Assembly: GCA_965237415.1 (NCBI GenBank) | Contig: CBDEFM010000002.1 | Location: forward strand, 352,001-416,000 | Length of the DNA stretch: 64,000 nucleotides | Reading direction: 5' to 3' | Source: Alphaproteobacteria bacterium | GTDB lineage: Bacteria > Pseudomonadota > Alphaproteobacteria > UBA828 | Position numbers and translations under genes: made by a program | The notes under the pieces: model-generated | What the model was told of the DNA's origin: nothing | What the model saw: only the letters and a program-made list of their open reading frames with translations | The model's database searches: none | Shown: positions 41,379 through 51,549 of the stretch, piece after piece | How the letters are laid out: each line of letters opens with the position of its first letter | Position numbering within the stretch: position 1 is the stretch's first letter

Positions 41379-41587
41379 GGGGAATCGCCGGTTCGTCGCC
41401 CGTTCGTCCATGAACCTGACGTATCGCGGTGATATAAAAGGTTAACGACAAGCCGGCGCCGATGCAATGCGGCGCCCCGGATTCTTCCCCACCGGGTGCG
41501 TGAAACGTGACAGCGCCGCGCGATGACGTGACGGCGCCGGCACCGCGACGTCTCCCGGCGCGACCCAATATATGTAGTTGGAAACGC

Positions 41588-42742
41588 ATGTCACCGACCG
41601 ACCGAGACACCAACCTCGACCCCGTCGCATTCATCGACCTCGGCGCGCAGTACCGGCGCCTCAAGGCCGATATCGACGCCGCCATCGCCGGTGTCCTGGA
41701 GGATGGCCGCTTCGTCTTGGGGCCGGCGGTGGCCGAGCTTGAGGCGGCGCTCGCCGCGCGGGCCGGTGCCGCCCACGCGGTTACCTGCGCGAGCGGCACC
41801 GATGCCCTGCTGATCGCGTTGATGGCCGAGGGGATCGGGCCGGGCGATGCGGTCTTCGTGCCCGGTTTCACCTTTCCCGCGACCGCCGGCGTCGTGGCGC
41901 TGGTGGGGGCCGCGCCGGTCTTCGTCGATGTGGCGGAAGAAAGCTGCATGATGGACCCCGCCGACCTTGCGATGCGGGCAGACCGCGTGGCGGACGAGGG
42001 ACGGCTCGTGCCACGCGCGGTGATTGCGGCGGACCTCTTCGGCCAAGCGGCAGACTATGACGCGCTCGCGCCGATCGCGGCGGAGCGGGGAATGCTGCTG
42101 ATCGACGATGCGGCCCAGAGCTTCGGCGGGGCAAGCGGCGGCCGGCCGGTCGGGGCGCTCGCGCCGGTCACCTCCACCAGCTTCTACCCGGCCAAGCCGC
42201 TCGGCGGCTATGGGGACGGTGGCGCGCTCTTCACCGACGATGCGGCGCAGGCCGCGCGCTGGCGCTCGATCCGCCAGCACGGCCAGGGCGACGGCAAGTA
42301 CGACATCGTTCGGGTCGGCCTCAACAGCCGTCTCGATACCCTCCAGGCCGCGGTTCTGCTGGTCAAACTGCCCGCCTTCGATGCCGAGATCGACGCCCGT
42401 GAGCGGGTGGCGGCGCTCTACGACTCGGTGCTTGCCGGGGCCGTCGGGCTGCCGGGTCGGCTGCCCGAGCGTCGCTCCACCTGGACGCAGTACACGATCC
42501 GGCTGGATCGGCGCGACGAGGTTCAGGCGGCGCTGGCAGCGCAGGGAATCCCGACCGCGATCCACTATCCGGTGCCGATGCACCTGCAGCCGGTCTACCG
42601 CGGCTGGGGCGAGGGGTCAGGCTCGCTGCCGGTCAGCGAGCGCCTGAGCCGCCAGGTTCTTTGCCTGCCCATGCACGCCGACCTCGACGAGCCGACGGCC
42701 ATGCGAATCGCCCGCGCCGTGCGGGACGCGGTCGGCAGCTGA
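41588..42742 (+). CDS. DegT/DnrJ/EryC1/StrS PLP aminotransferase
   Basis: FIDLGAQY, ASGTDAL, DDAAQSFG, SFYPAKPLGGYGDGG, NSRLDTLQAA. Confidence 0.93.
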   Translation: MSPTDRDTNLDPVAFIDLGAQYRRLKADIDAAIAGVLEDGRFVLGPAVAELEAALAARAGAAHAVTCASGTDALLIALMAEGIGPGDAVFVPGFTFPATAGVVALVGAAPVFVDVAEESCMMDPADLAMRADRVADEGRLVPRAVIAADLFGQAADYDALAPIAAERGMLLIDDAAQSFGGASGGRPVGALAPVTSTSFYPAKPLGGYGDGGALFTDDAAQAARWRSIRQHGQGDGKYDIVRVGLNSRLDTLQAAVLLVKLPAFDAEIDARERVAALYDSVLAGAVGLPGRLPERRSTWTQYTIRLDRRDEVQAALAAQGIPTAIHYPVPMHLQPVYRGWGEGSGSLPVSERLSRQVLCLPMHADLDEPTAMRIARAVRDAVGS

Positions 42743-42752
42743 CGGCGCGCCG

Positions 42753-43616
42753 ATGGGAGGCGAAGGGCCGCACGGCGTCGTCTTCGGTGCGTCCAGCTTC
42801 GTTGGCCGGCACTTGCTCCGGCGCCTCGCGGAGCGCGGGGTCACGGGGCAGTGCCTGAGCCGGTGCTCTTCGCCTGCGCCGCATGAGGAGTCGCAGGGCT
42901 TTTCCTGGCGCGTTCTTTCGGCGGAAGGGGAGCTGCGCGTTCCCGACGCTGCGGACCTGTTCTCTCTCGTGCCCATCGCCGCGCTGCCGCCACTGATCGC
43001 ACGGATGACGGGAGGTAGAAGGCTGGTCGCGTTGAGCACGGCCAGCGTGATATACGCGACGAGCAGTTCCGACCCCGCCGAGCGGGCCGGGTCGGAAGAG
43101 GTCCGGCGAGCCGAGGAAGACGTGGGGCGGCTTTGTCGGGAGAGGGGGATCGTCTGGACGATCTTGAGGCCGACCCTGATTTACGATCCGGGGCGCGACC
43201 GCAATGTCAGCGCTATTGCCGCCGTGGCGCGGCGCTTCGGGTTCGTGCCCGTCGCATGGCCCGCCACCGGGCGCCGCCAGCCGATCCACGCCGATGACGT
43301 GGCGCAGGCCATGGTCGCCGCCCTCGACGCGCCTGGTGCCGCCGATGCGATATTGGGCCTGCCCGGCGGCGAGTCGCTGACATACCGGGACATGGTTCGC
43401 CGGATTTTCCGGTCCCTGGGGCGGCGCCCCATCCTGCTTTACCTGCCGCTCTGGCCCGCGCGGTTGGCCTTCCGCGTATGGCTGCTGCTGACGGGTGCCG
43501 GTTACAGTGCCGCGAGCCTCGAGCGGATGAATATGGACCTGACGCTCGATCCGGATTCGGCGCTGGAGGTGCTCGAACTGACCTTCCGGCCGTTCCGCCC
43601 CGAGTTTTCCGAGTGA
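42753..43616 (+). CDS. NAD-dependent epimerase/dehydratase family protein
   Basis: VFGASSFVG, WTILRPTLIY, RQPIHADD. Confidence 0.85.
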   Translation: MGGEGPHGVVFGASSFVGRHLLRRLAERGVTGQCLSRCSSPAPHEESQGFSWRVLSAEGELRVPDAADLFSLVPIAALPPLIARMTGGRRLVALSTASVIYATSSSDPAERAGSEEVRRAEEDVGRLCRERGIVWTILRPTLIYDPGRDRNVSAIAAVARRFGFVPVAWPATGRRQPIHADDVAQAMVAALDAPGAADAILGLPGGESLTYRDMVRRIFRSLGRRPILLYLPLWPARLAFRVWLLLTGAGYSAASLERMNMDLTLDPDSALEVLELTFRPFRPEFSE

Positions 43617-43665
43617 CCGATCGTCCCAAGCGCGAACGCCGGCGGCAACGAGGCCGACGCGCACC

Positions 43666-44877
43666 GTGAGCCGGGAACCGGCATCGGCGACGGCCACCCG
43701 CTGGGACATCGTGCTGATGGCGCTCGGCGCCGGGATCCTCGCCGGCTTTCAAGTCGGCAAGGTGCCGCCGGCACTGCCGGTGCTGCGCGAAAGCCTCGGG
43801 CTCGATTTCGTCACCGCGGGCTGGCTCACCTCGATCTACTACGCGATCGGCGCCGCCCTCGGCGTCGCCGTCGGGCTGCTTTCCGACCGCGCCGGCCCGC
43901 GCCGCCTGATGCTCTTAGGTGTGGCCTTCCTCGGCGCGGGCAGCCTGCTGGGCGGGCTGGTGAGCGGCAGCACCTGGCTGCTGATCGCGCGCTTCGTCGA
44001 AGGGTTCGGCTTCGTCGGCGTCACGGTGACGGCGCCCAAGCTGATCGCGACCGCGACGCGTCCCCGCGATTACGGCCTCGCCTTCGGCATCTGGGGCGCC
44101 TACATGCCGATCGGTATGGCAATCGCGATGCTGATGGCGCCGGCGCTGCTCGATGCCCTCGGCTGGCGCGGCTTCTGGCTCGTCAGCGCGGCATTGGTGG
44201 CCCTCTTTATGGTGGCGCTGGGCTGGAGCCTGCATCCGCGGCGCTGGCCGGCCACCTTCGACGCCGAGGCGCTCGATTGGTCCGGCGTGCGCGCGACGCT
44301 CGCTCGGGCAGCGCTCTGGCTCTTCGGACTCTCGTTCGCGCTCTACACGCTGCAGTGGTTCGCCATCATGACGTGGCTGCCGACCTTCCTGATCGAGACT
44401 CAAGGGCGCAGCGCGGCCGGCGCGGCCGTCTGGGGCGCGATGGTGGTGGCGAGCAACGCCCTCGGCAACTTTGCCGCCGCTTGGCTGATGCACCGTCACG
44501 TGCGGCGCTGGGTGCTGATCGGGATCGCCTTCTGCGCGATGGGCGGGTCCTCCGCCGGCATCTTCCTGACCGGAACGCCGGCCGACCTCAAGATCGTGCT
44601 TGCCTTCGTGTTCAGCGCTGTCGGCGGCCTGCTGCCGGCGGCGGCGATCGCCGGTGCGGCCGCTCATGCGCCACGGGCTGCCTTCGTCGCCATGGCCAGC
44701 GGCTTCGTGGTGCAGGGCGCCGCGCTCGGCAGCCTTCTCGGGCCACCGGTGATGGCCACCGCGGTCGAAGGCCTCGGCGGCTGGGCCGCGTCCTGGTGGG
44801 TGATGCTCGCGGTCTCGGGCATCGGCCTCGGTCTCGTGGCCGGCCTCATCGTGGCCGAGCGCCCCTCCCGCATCTGA
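43666..44877 (+). CDS. MFS transporter
   Basis: GKVPPALP, GLLSDRAGPRR motif A, about 12 TM segments. Confidence 0.88.
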   Translation: MSREPASATATRWDIVLMALGAGILAGFQVGKVPPALPVLRESLGLDFVTAGWLTSIYYAIGAALGVAVGLLSDRAGPRRLMLLGVAFLGAGSLLGGLVSGSTWLLIARFVEGFGFVGVTVTAPKLIATATRPRDYGLAFGIWGAYMPIGMAIAMLMAPALLDALGWRGFWLVSAALVALFMVALGWSLHPRRWPATFDAEALDWSGVRATLARAALWLFGLSFALYTLQWFAIMTWLPTFLIETQGRSAAGAAVWGAMVVASNALGNFAAAWLMHRHVRRWVLIGIAFCAMGGSSAGIFLTGTPADLKIVLAFVFSAVGGLLPAAAIAGAAAHAPRAAFVAMASGFVVQGAALGSLLGPPVMATAVEGLGGWAASWWVMLAVSGIGLGLVAGLIVAERPSRI

Positions 44878-45012
44878 CGCCGATCGTCCCGGCCGATGTC
44901 GACACGCTGGTGACTGTCAGCCGGTTCCGGGAGGAATGCGTGCGGCCGGCTGCCCGTGCCGATTCCGGCGTGATACCATGCCCCCGCTGCTTCCAACCGG
45001 TGCGGTTGAGTC

Positions 45013-45798
45013 ATGAACCAGAGTAAGGAATTGCTTGCCGGAAGGCGGGCCCTCGTCACGGGTGCGGCCACCGGCATCGGACGCGCCATTGCAGAGGCCT
45101 TCGCTCGCGAGGGCGCGCTGGTCGCCGTCAGCGACATCAGCCTCGACGGGGCTCGCGATGTCGCCGAACGCCTCGGCGACAGCACGCGCGCCTACAGGCT
45201 TGACGTCACCGACGCGGCGGAGACCGCGAGTGTCTTCCGCAGCGCTGCCGACTGGATGGGAGGTCTCGATCTGCTTGCCGCCAACGCGGGCATTTCGACG
45301 ATGAACCCCGTGGCCGACCTCACCGAGGAGGAATGGGACTCCAACATGGCGGTGAATGCCAAGGGCGTTTTCCTCTCCAACCGGGAGGCCGTGCGTCACT
45401 TTCTCGCCGCCGGTGAGAAGGGCGCGATCGTCAACACGGCCTCGCTTGCCGGCAAGATCGGCGCGCCCTACCTCGCGCACTACGCGGCCAGCAAGTTTGC
45501 CGTGATCGGGTTCACGCAATCGCTGGCGCGGGAGGTCGGCGAACACGGCATTCGCGTCAATGCGGTCTGTCCCGGCTATGTGCGCACGTCCATGCAGGAC
45601 CGCGAAGTCGTGTGGGAGGGCAAGCTGCGCAGCATGACTGCGGAGGCCGTCCGCGAAGAGTATGTGGCCGCAACACCCTTGGCCCGGCTCGAGGAGCCCG
45701 AGGACGTTGCTGCGATCGTCGTCTTTCTGGCGAGCGATCTTTCCGGTTTTCTGACTGGCGAGGCGATCAATGCCAGCGGCGGCGTGCTGATGGACTGA
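45013..45798 (+). CDS. Short-chain dehydrogenase/reductase
   Basis: TGAATGIG, ANAG, YAASK, NAVCPG. Confidence 0.93.
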   Translation: MNQSKELLAGRRALVTGAATGIGRAIAEAFAREGALVAVSDISLDGARDVAERLGDSTRAYRLDVTDAAETASVFRSAADWMGGLDLLAANAGISTMNPVADLTEEEWDSNMAVNAKGVFLSNREAVRHFLAAGEKGAIVNTASLAGKIGAPYLAHYAASKFAVIGFTQSLAREVGEHGIRVNAVCPGYVRTSMQDREVVWEGKLRSMTAEAVREEYVAATPLARLEEPEDVAAIVVFLASDLSGFLTGEAINASGGVLMD

Positions 45799-45816
45799 GC
45801 CCGGAGCAGGGACGTC

Positions 45817-46623
45817 ATGGCTTGGTTGAAGGATTGTACGGGCACGGGCAAGCCCGTCATCGCGATGGCCCATTTGTTGCCGCTGCCTGGGGCTCCGCTC
45901 TACGACGCCGGTGGCGGCATGCAGGCCATCGTCGACCATGTCGCACGTGATCTCGAAGCTCTCCAGGCCGGCGGCGTCGATGCCGTCATGTTCGGCAACG
46001 AAGGCGACCGGCCTTACCTGCTGGAGGCCTCGCCGGAAAGCCTCGCGGCCATGGCGGCCGTCATCGCGGCGGTCAAGGGGGCGCTGCACGTTCCGTTCGG
46101 TGTCAACTATCTCTGGGATCCGGTGGCGACCGTGGCGCTGGCTGTCGCGACGGATGCCGTCTTCGCGCGCGAAATCTTCACCGGGGTCTACGATTCCGAC
46201 ATGGGTCTGTGGCAGCCCTCCGCCGCCCGGGCGCTCCGCTTGCGCCACGACCTCGGCCGCGACGATCTCAAGCTCATGTTCAACATCAATGCCGAGTTTG
46301 CCGCGCCGCTGGGAGCCCGTTCCGTTGAGGCGCGGGCCGCAAGCGCCGTCTTTTCGTCGCTCGCCGACGCCGTTCTCGTCTCGGGTCCGATGACCGGCCA
46401 GGCGGTGGACCAGGCAAGCCTCGAGCGTGTTGCGAGCGCCGTCCCCGGCACGCCGGTCCTCGCCAACACCGGCTGCACCGTCGACAACATCGCCGATATT
46501 CTGAAGGTGGCCGATGGCTGCATCGTCGGTACCCATTTCAAGATCGATGGCGATACCTGGAACGCCGTCGACCGGGACCGCGTCGCGCGCTTCATGGAGG
46601 TCGTCTCGAAGGTTCGCGGGTGA
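45817..46623 (+). CDS. BtpA/SgcQ family TIM-barrel protein
   Basis: MAHLLPLPGAP, NEGDRPY, PFGVN, SGPMTG, ADGCIVGTHFK. Confidence 0.9.
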   Translation: MAWLKDCTGTGKPVIAMAHLLPLPGAPLYDAGGGMQAIVDHVARDLEALQAGGVDAVMFGNEGDRPYLLEASPESLAAMAAVIAAVKGALHVPFGVNYLWDPVATVALAVATDAVFAREIFTGVYDSDMGLWQPSAARALRLRHDLGRDDLKLMFNINAEFAAPLGARSVEARAASAVFSSLADAVLVSGPMTGQAVDQASLERVASAVPGTPVLANTGCTVDNIADILKVADGCIVGTHFKIDGDTWNAVDRDRVARFMEVVSKVRG

Positions 46624-48146
46624 TGAGCTGTCTGCTCGGCCTCGATATCGGGACGACATCGACAATCGGTATTCTGATCGATACCGAGGGTGGCGTCCTC
46701 GCCACCGCGTCGCGGCCGAACGCGCTCGTCTCCCGCCACGCCAACTGGGCCGAAGAGGATACCGAGCTCTGGTGGTCCAACGTCTGCGACCTGGTGCCGG
46801 ACCTACTGCGGACCGCTAGGCTCGACGCAGGCGCGATCGCGGCGGTCGGTGTGACCGGGATGGTGCCCACGGTGATCCTTCTCGATGCATCGGGCCGGCC
46901 GCTGCGCCCGTCGATCCAGCAGAACGATGCCCGCGCAGTCGATGAAATCGAGGAGCTGAAGCGGCTCGTCGACGGCGACGACTGGTTCCGGCGCACCGGG
47001 GGCAGCATCAATCAGCAGGTCGTGGCGCCCAAGCTTCTCTGGCTCGCGCGTCACGAGCCCGAATGCTTCCGCCAGGCGAAGACCGTGATGGGGTCCTACG
47101 ACTACATCACGTTCCGGCTGACCGAAGCCGTCTCTATCGAAGGGAACTGGGCGCTCGAGGCGGGGTTCTACAATCTCGCGCGAGGCGGCCTCGACGAGGA
47201 TCTGGTTCGCCTCGGCGGAATATCGCTCGACCGGTTGCCGCCGTTGCGGGCCTCTGGCGAACCCGCAGGCGCGGTCACGCGGCAGGCAGCGGAGGAGACC
47301 GGCCTCGTCCCTGGGACGCCGGTGGTGACCGGTTGCGCCGACCATATCGCGTCGGCGTTCGTCGCCGGTGCCTGCGATCAGGGCGATCTGGTGGTCAAGT
47401 TCGGGGGTGCCGGGGACATCATGCTCACATGTCAGCGTCCGGTGACCGACCCGCGCATGTTCATCGACTTTCACATCGTGCCGGACCTCTACGTCAGCAA
47501 TGGCTGCATGGCCGCGAGCGGAAGTGTGCTGAATTGGGTTGTGGCGCAGCTCGGGCAGGCGGACGCCGAAGCTGCGCGGGCCGCCGGGCAGACGCCTCAC
47601 GCCTGGCTGGATGACCAGGCACATGACCTGCCGCCGGGAGCCGGCGGCCTCGTGCTGCTGCCGTACTTCCTCGGGGAGAAGACGCCCCTGCACGATCCCC
47701 GTGCGAAGGGCACGCTGGTCGGCCTCGGGCTCCACCACGAGTTGCGCCATATCTGGCGTGCCGCGCTCGAATCGGTGGCGTTCGGCTTCCGTCACCACAT
47801 GGATGTGTTCGAGGAGATGGACTGCGGCGTCGGCCGGGTTCTGGCGTGCGACGGCGGTGCAGCCAGCGATCTCTGGATGCAGATTACGGCCGATATCCTC
47901 GAAAGACCGGTGGAACGGCTGCTCGAACATCCCGGCTCCAGCCTCGGTGCGGCCTTCGTGGCGGGCATGGGCACGGGCGCGCTCGACGATTGGTCGGCGA
48001 TCGGTCGCTACGCCCGGTGCGATCGCATCTTCGAACCCGACGACAGCCGGACCGACGCCTACCGCAACGCCTACGGCATCTATCGCGATCTCTACCGCCG
48101 GCTGGAAACGCTCTATCCATCGCTTGCCGACCTGCCCGCCGCCTGA
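46623..48146 (+). CDS. FGGY-family carbohydrate kinase (xylulokinase-like)
   Basis: GLDIGTTS, NDARA, PKLLWL, LPYFLGEKTP, DGGAASDLWMQI. Confidence 0.92.
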   Translation: MSCLLGLDIGTTSTIGILIDTEGGVLATASRPNALVSRHANWAEEDTELWWSNVCDLVPDLLRTARLDAGAIAAVGVTGMVPTVILLDASGRPLRPSIQQNDARAVDEIEELKRLVDGDDWFRRTGGSINQQVVAPKLLWLARHEPECFRQAKTVMGSYDYITFRLTEAVSIEGNWALEAGFYNLARGGLDEDLVRLGGISLDRLPPLRASGEPAGAVTRQAAEETGLVPGTPVVTGCADHIASAFVAGACDQGDLVVKFGGAGDIMLTCQRPVTDPRMFIDFHIVPDLYVSNGCMAASGSVLNWVVAQLGQADAEAARAAGQTPHAWLDDQAHDLPPGAGGLVLLPYFLGEKTPLHDPRAKGTLVGLGLHHELRHIWRAALESVAFGFRHHMDVFEEMDCGVGRVLACDGGAASDLWMQITADILERPVERLLEHPGSSLGAAFVAGMGTGALDDWSAIGRYARCDRIFEPDDSRTDAYRNAYGIYRDLYRRLETLYPSLADLPAA

Positions 48147-48164
48147 CCGTGTGGAGAATCCGGG

Positions 48165-49262
48165 TTACGTCACGGCGCGTCCCGTGTCGGCGTCGAAGAA
48201 ATGCAGGCGTTCGAGATCGACGTGGAGCTCGACTTCGGAGCCTGCCGGCGCTGCGAAGTCGCTCTCGAGCCGGGCCGAGACTTCCTGGCCGCCCGGCAGG
48301 GCTGCCACCAGGATCACTTCTGGCCCGAGCGCCTCCACTGCCACCACAGTGACGATTATCGCGCCATGCTGAGCGGCGGAGGGATGGACGTCGAGATCCT
48401 CGGGCCGGATGCCCAGCGTGATCGTCCTCCCGGCCCGGTCGCGTAGCGCCTCCTTATGGTCCGCAAGCAAGGGCAGGCTGATCGGTGGCAGTTCGACGGC
48501 ATCCAGGCCCGTCGGGCCGCCGAACCGGGCATCGAGCAGGTTCATCGGCGGGCTGGCGAGAAAGCCTGCAACGAAGGTGTCGGCCGGGTTGCGGTAGACC
48601 TCCAGCGGGGGTCCGACCTGGACAATCCGGCCATCGCGCATGATGCAGATCCTCTCGCCCATCGTCATCGCCTCGACCTGGTCGTGCGTGACATGCACGA
48701 TGGTCCTGCCCAGCATGCGGTGAAGCTTGATCAGTTCCGTGCGCATCGCGGCGCGTAGCTTGGCATCCAGATTGGAGAGCGGCTCGTCGAACAGGAACGC
48801 CGCAGGATCGCGGACCAGGGCGCGGCCAAGTGCCACCCTCTGCTGCTGACCGCCGCTCAGTTGCCGCGGGCGGCGTTTCAGCAAGTCCCCGATCCCGAGC
48901 ATGTTTGCCGTCGCGGCAATACGCCGATCGATTTCGTCGCGCGGGAGCTTGCGCAGCTTGAGGCCGAAAGAGAGGTTTCCCGCGACGCTCATATGCGGGT
49001 AAAGCGCATAGTTCTGGAAGACGACGGCGAGGTCGCGCTCCGCGGGATCGACATCGTTGACGACGGCGCCGTCGATCGTGATCTCGCCCGAGGTGATCGC
49101 CTCGAGGCCAGCGATCATTCTCAGGGTTGTGGACTTTCCACACCCCGACGGCCCCAGCAGAACCATGAACTCGCCGTCCCGGACATCGAGGTCGATCCTG
49201 TCGACGGCGGTGACATCCTGTCCGTAAACCTTGGTGAGGTTCCGCAGCCCGATCTCGGCCAC
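48165..49262 (-). CDS. Carbohydrate ABC transporter ATP-binding protein (MalK/UgpC-like)
   Basis: GPSGCGKST, FQNYALYPHM, LSGGQQQR, DEPLSNLDAKLR. Confidence 0.94.
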   Translation of the reverse strand: MAEIGLRNLTKVYGQDVTAVDRIDLDVRDGEFMVLLGPSGCGKSTTLRMIAGLEAITSGEITIDGAVVNDVDPAERDLAVVFQNYALYPHMSVAGNLSFGLKLRKLPRDEIDRRIAATANMLGIGDLLKRRPRQLSGGQQQRVALGRALVRDPAAFLFDEPLSNLDAKLRAAMRTELIKLHRMLGRTIVHVTHDQVEAMTMGERICIMRDGRIVQVGPPLEVYRNPADTFVAGFLASPPMNLLDARFGGPTGLDAVELPPISLPLLADHKEALRDRAGRTITLGIRPEDLDVHPSAAQHGAIIVTVVAVEALGPEVILVAALPGGQEVSARLESDFAAPAGSEVELHVDLERLHFFDADTGRAVT

Positions 49263-49274
49263 CTCGCATCCCTC

Positions 49275-50171
49275 CTACGTCAGCGACCGCATGTAGCGAT
49301 ACAGAAAGACCGTCAGCACGATGATGATGATGAGCAATCCCACCGCCATCGCCGATGCGCGTCCGATATCGAGACCGAAAAAGGCTGCGCGATAAATGAA
49401 ATAGCTGATGAAATCGGTGGCGGTGCCGGGGCCGCCCTTGGTCATGATGAAGACGATATCGAACGTCTTGATCGCGAAAATCATGCGCAGAAGGAGCGCA
49501 ACGGCAATGACCGGCCGCATCAGCGGCAAGGTGATGTAGACGAAGCAGCGCAACGCCGAAGCTCCGTCCATGCGCGCTGCTTCATAGGGCTCGCGGGGCA
49601 GGGCAGAGAGGCCGGCCAGAAGCAGGATCGCCATGAACGATACCTGGTGCCATATGTCGGTCAGCACCACGGTCCAAAATGCCGTCGTGGGATCGCCGAG
49701 CCAGCTCACCGGCCTGATTCCGACGAGGCCGATGGCGTAGTTGACGATACCGAGTTCGGAATGGAGCAGCATGCGCCACAACAGCCCGACCACCACGGGG
49801 TTGATGAGCAGCGGCGCAAGCAGGATCAGGTAGTAGACCGTCTTGAACCGGTCGATGGCGTTGAGCGAGAGCGCCACGACGAAGCCCATGATGAATTCGA
49901 TAACGACCGAGGCCAGAACGAACTTCGTCGTCACCCACAGCGAGCCCGGAAGGTACTCCTCGTCGGCTGCCTCCTGATACTTTTCTCCGCCGACGAACGT
50001 GTCGTGATTGGGGGTGAGCAGGGTGTAGTCGTAAAAGCTCGTGAAGATGGTGAAAATCAGCGGGAAGGTGATGACGACCAGCAACACAGCGAGACCCGGC
50101 GCAGTGAGAAGATACCCAAAGCGCCGGTCCCGCTGTGTCAGCGTCAAATTGCCACCCGTTACAGGTGACAT
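49275..50171 (-). CDS. Carbohydrate ABC transporter permease
   Basis: YEAARMDGA..ITLP, TKGGPG. Confidence 0.92.
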   Translation of the reverse strand: MSPVTGGNLTLTQRDRRFGYLLTAPGLAVLLVVITFPLIFTIFTSFYDYTLLTPNHDTFVGGEKYQEAADEEYLPGSLWVTTKFVLASVVIEFIMGFVVALSLNAIDRFKTVYYLILLAPLLINPVVVGLLWRMLLHSELGIVNYAIGLVGIRPVSWLGDPTTAFWTVVLTDIWHQVSFMAILLLAGLSALPREPYEAARMDGASALRCFVYITLPLMRPVIAVALLLRMIFAIKTFDIVFIMTKGGPGTATDFISYFIYRAAFFGLDIGRASAMAVGLLIIIIVLTVFLYRYMRSLT

Positions 50172-50189
50172 ATGCGTGCGGCTGGCCCG

Positions 50190-51470
50190 CTATTCGGCGA
50201 TCTTGCCGTCCTTGATGAGCAGCTCGCGAAGCTCCCTCTGGGCATCGGCCATGGCCTCGGGAATCGGCTTCTCGCCGATCGCGGCCAGGTTCAGCTCGCG
50301 GCCCACTTCTTCGACAAACTCGGTCGTGTAGGTGAAGACCGGGAAGTCCTGTGTGCCGGCAAGGATCTCGCCGAGGATCGGGTAGTAGGGACGCGCCGCC
50401 ACCACATCGGGATCCGTGAAGATCGGCGCCTGTGTCGGAGCCCCGCCGAGCAGAGCGCGCCGCTTGGCGATCTCAGCCGATTCGGCCCACTTGATGAAGG
50501 TCCATGCGGCTTCCACGTTCGGGCTCGAATTGGGAATGGCCCAGCCCCAGCCGCCGTTCAGGCCACCGCCCGGATTGGGCGCGATGCCGACCTTTCCGGC
50601 CACCGTCGAGGATTCGGGATCCTCGAAACCGGCATAGAGAATATTGAAGGTGACGAAGCTGTAGGCCCTGCCCTGCGCCATGACATTGAAGGCCTCGTCG
50701 AAGCAGTAGGCTTCCGAACCGGCCGGGCTGTAGTTCACCACGGCGTCGCGGTAGTACTCCATGGCCCGAATGGCCTCGGGGCTGTCCAGCAGGGGATTCC
50801 AGTTCTCATCGTGATAGCGGCCTCCCTGGGAATAGAGATAGTTCGCCCACTGCATCGAGATGCAGTCGCCGCGCTGGCCCTGAATGACGGTTCCGTAGAA
50901 GTCGCGCTGGCCGTCGCCGTCGTTGTCGCGCGTGAAGAATTGGACCTGCTTCCAGTATTCGTCCCAGGTCTCGGGGACCCTGAGATCGATTCCGTATTTC
51001 TCCTTGAAGGCCGCCTGTTCCGCGGGATCGTCGATCAGGTCCTGGCGATAGATCACGGCCATCGAATAGTTGTAGAACGGCAGCATGTAGAGCACGCCGT
51101 CGACACGCCCGACCAGATCCATGAGCTTGGGGACGTACACGTCGACATCGACACTGTCGCGGGTGGCGAGATCATCCAGCGGCATCAGCCAGCCCGCCTT
51201 GGTGAATTCACCGACCCAGTAGAAGTCGACGACGATCAGGTCGTAGCTTCCCTGGGGTGAGATAAGCTGCGGCACCAGCTTCGAGTGCATGTCGATATAG
51301 CTGATAGCCTCGATCTCCACATCGATGCCCGATGCTTCCTCGAATTCCGGCAGCAGTTCCTGGATGTAACGCGTGTCCGGCACCGTTTCCATCAGAATGC
51401 GAATGGTTTCCGCCTTTGCCACGCTCGCAAAGAGCATGGTTGCGGCAGCAAACGCGATCAGCAACCTCAT
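50190..51470 (-). CDS. Carbohydrate ABC transporter substrate-binding protein
   Basis: Signal peptide MRLLIAFAAA..AKA, PETWDE, GGWGWAI, AAWTFIKW. Confidence 0.9.
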   Translation of the reverse strand: MRLLIAFAAATMLFASVAKAETIRILMETVPDTRYIQELLPEFEEASGIDVEIEAISYIDMHSKLVPQLISPQGSYDLIVVDFYWVGEFTKAGWLMPLDDLATRDSVDVDVYVPKLMDLVGRVDGVLYMLPFYNYSMAVIYRQDLIDDPAEQAAFKEKYGIDLRVPETWDEYWKQVQFFTRDNDGDGQRDFYGTVIQGQRGDCISMQWANYLYSQGGRYHDENWNPLLDSPEAIRAMEYYRDAVVNYSPAGSEAYCFDEAFNVMAQGRAYSFVTFNILYAGFEDPESSTVAGKVGIAPNPGGGLNGGWGWAIPNSSPNVEAAWTFIKWAESAEIAKRRALLGGAPTQAPIFTDPDVVAARPYYPILGEILAGTQDFPVFTYTTEFVEEVGRELNLAAIGEKPIPEAMADAQRELRELLIKDGKIAE

Positions 51471-51549
51471 GTTGATCCTCCCTTGATGTGGAGCCGTGCT
51501 CCTCCGGTTGTTGCTCCGGGCCAGCGGCTCCGGAGCGCGGGGTGCCGTG

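Noticed and set aside
37861-41949. 1362-aa ORF suggesting a giant hydantoinase fusion
   Set aside because: The upstream ~750 aa is an Arg/Gly/Pro-rich off-frame shadow of pepM and DegT; the recognisable protein begins at 39708 or 39654
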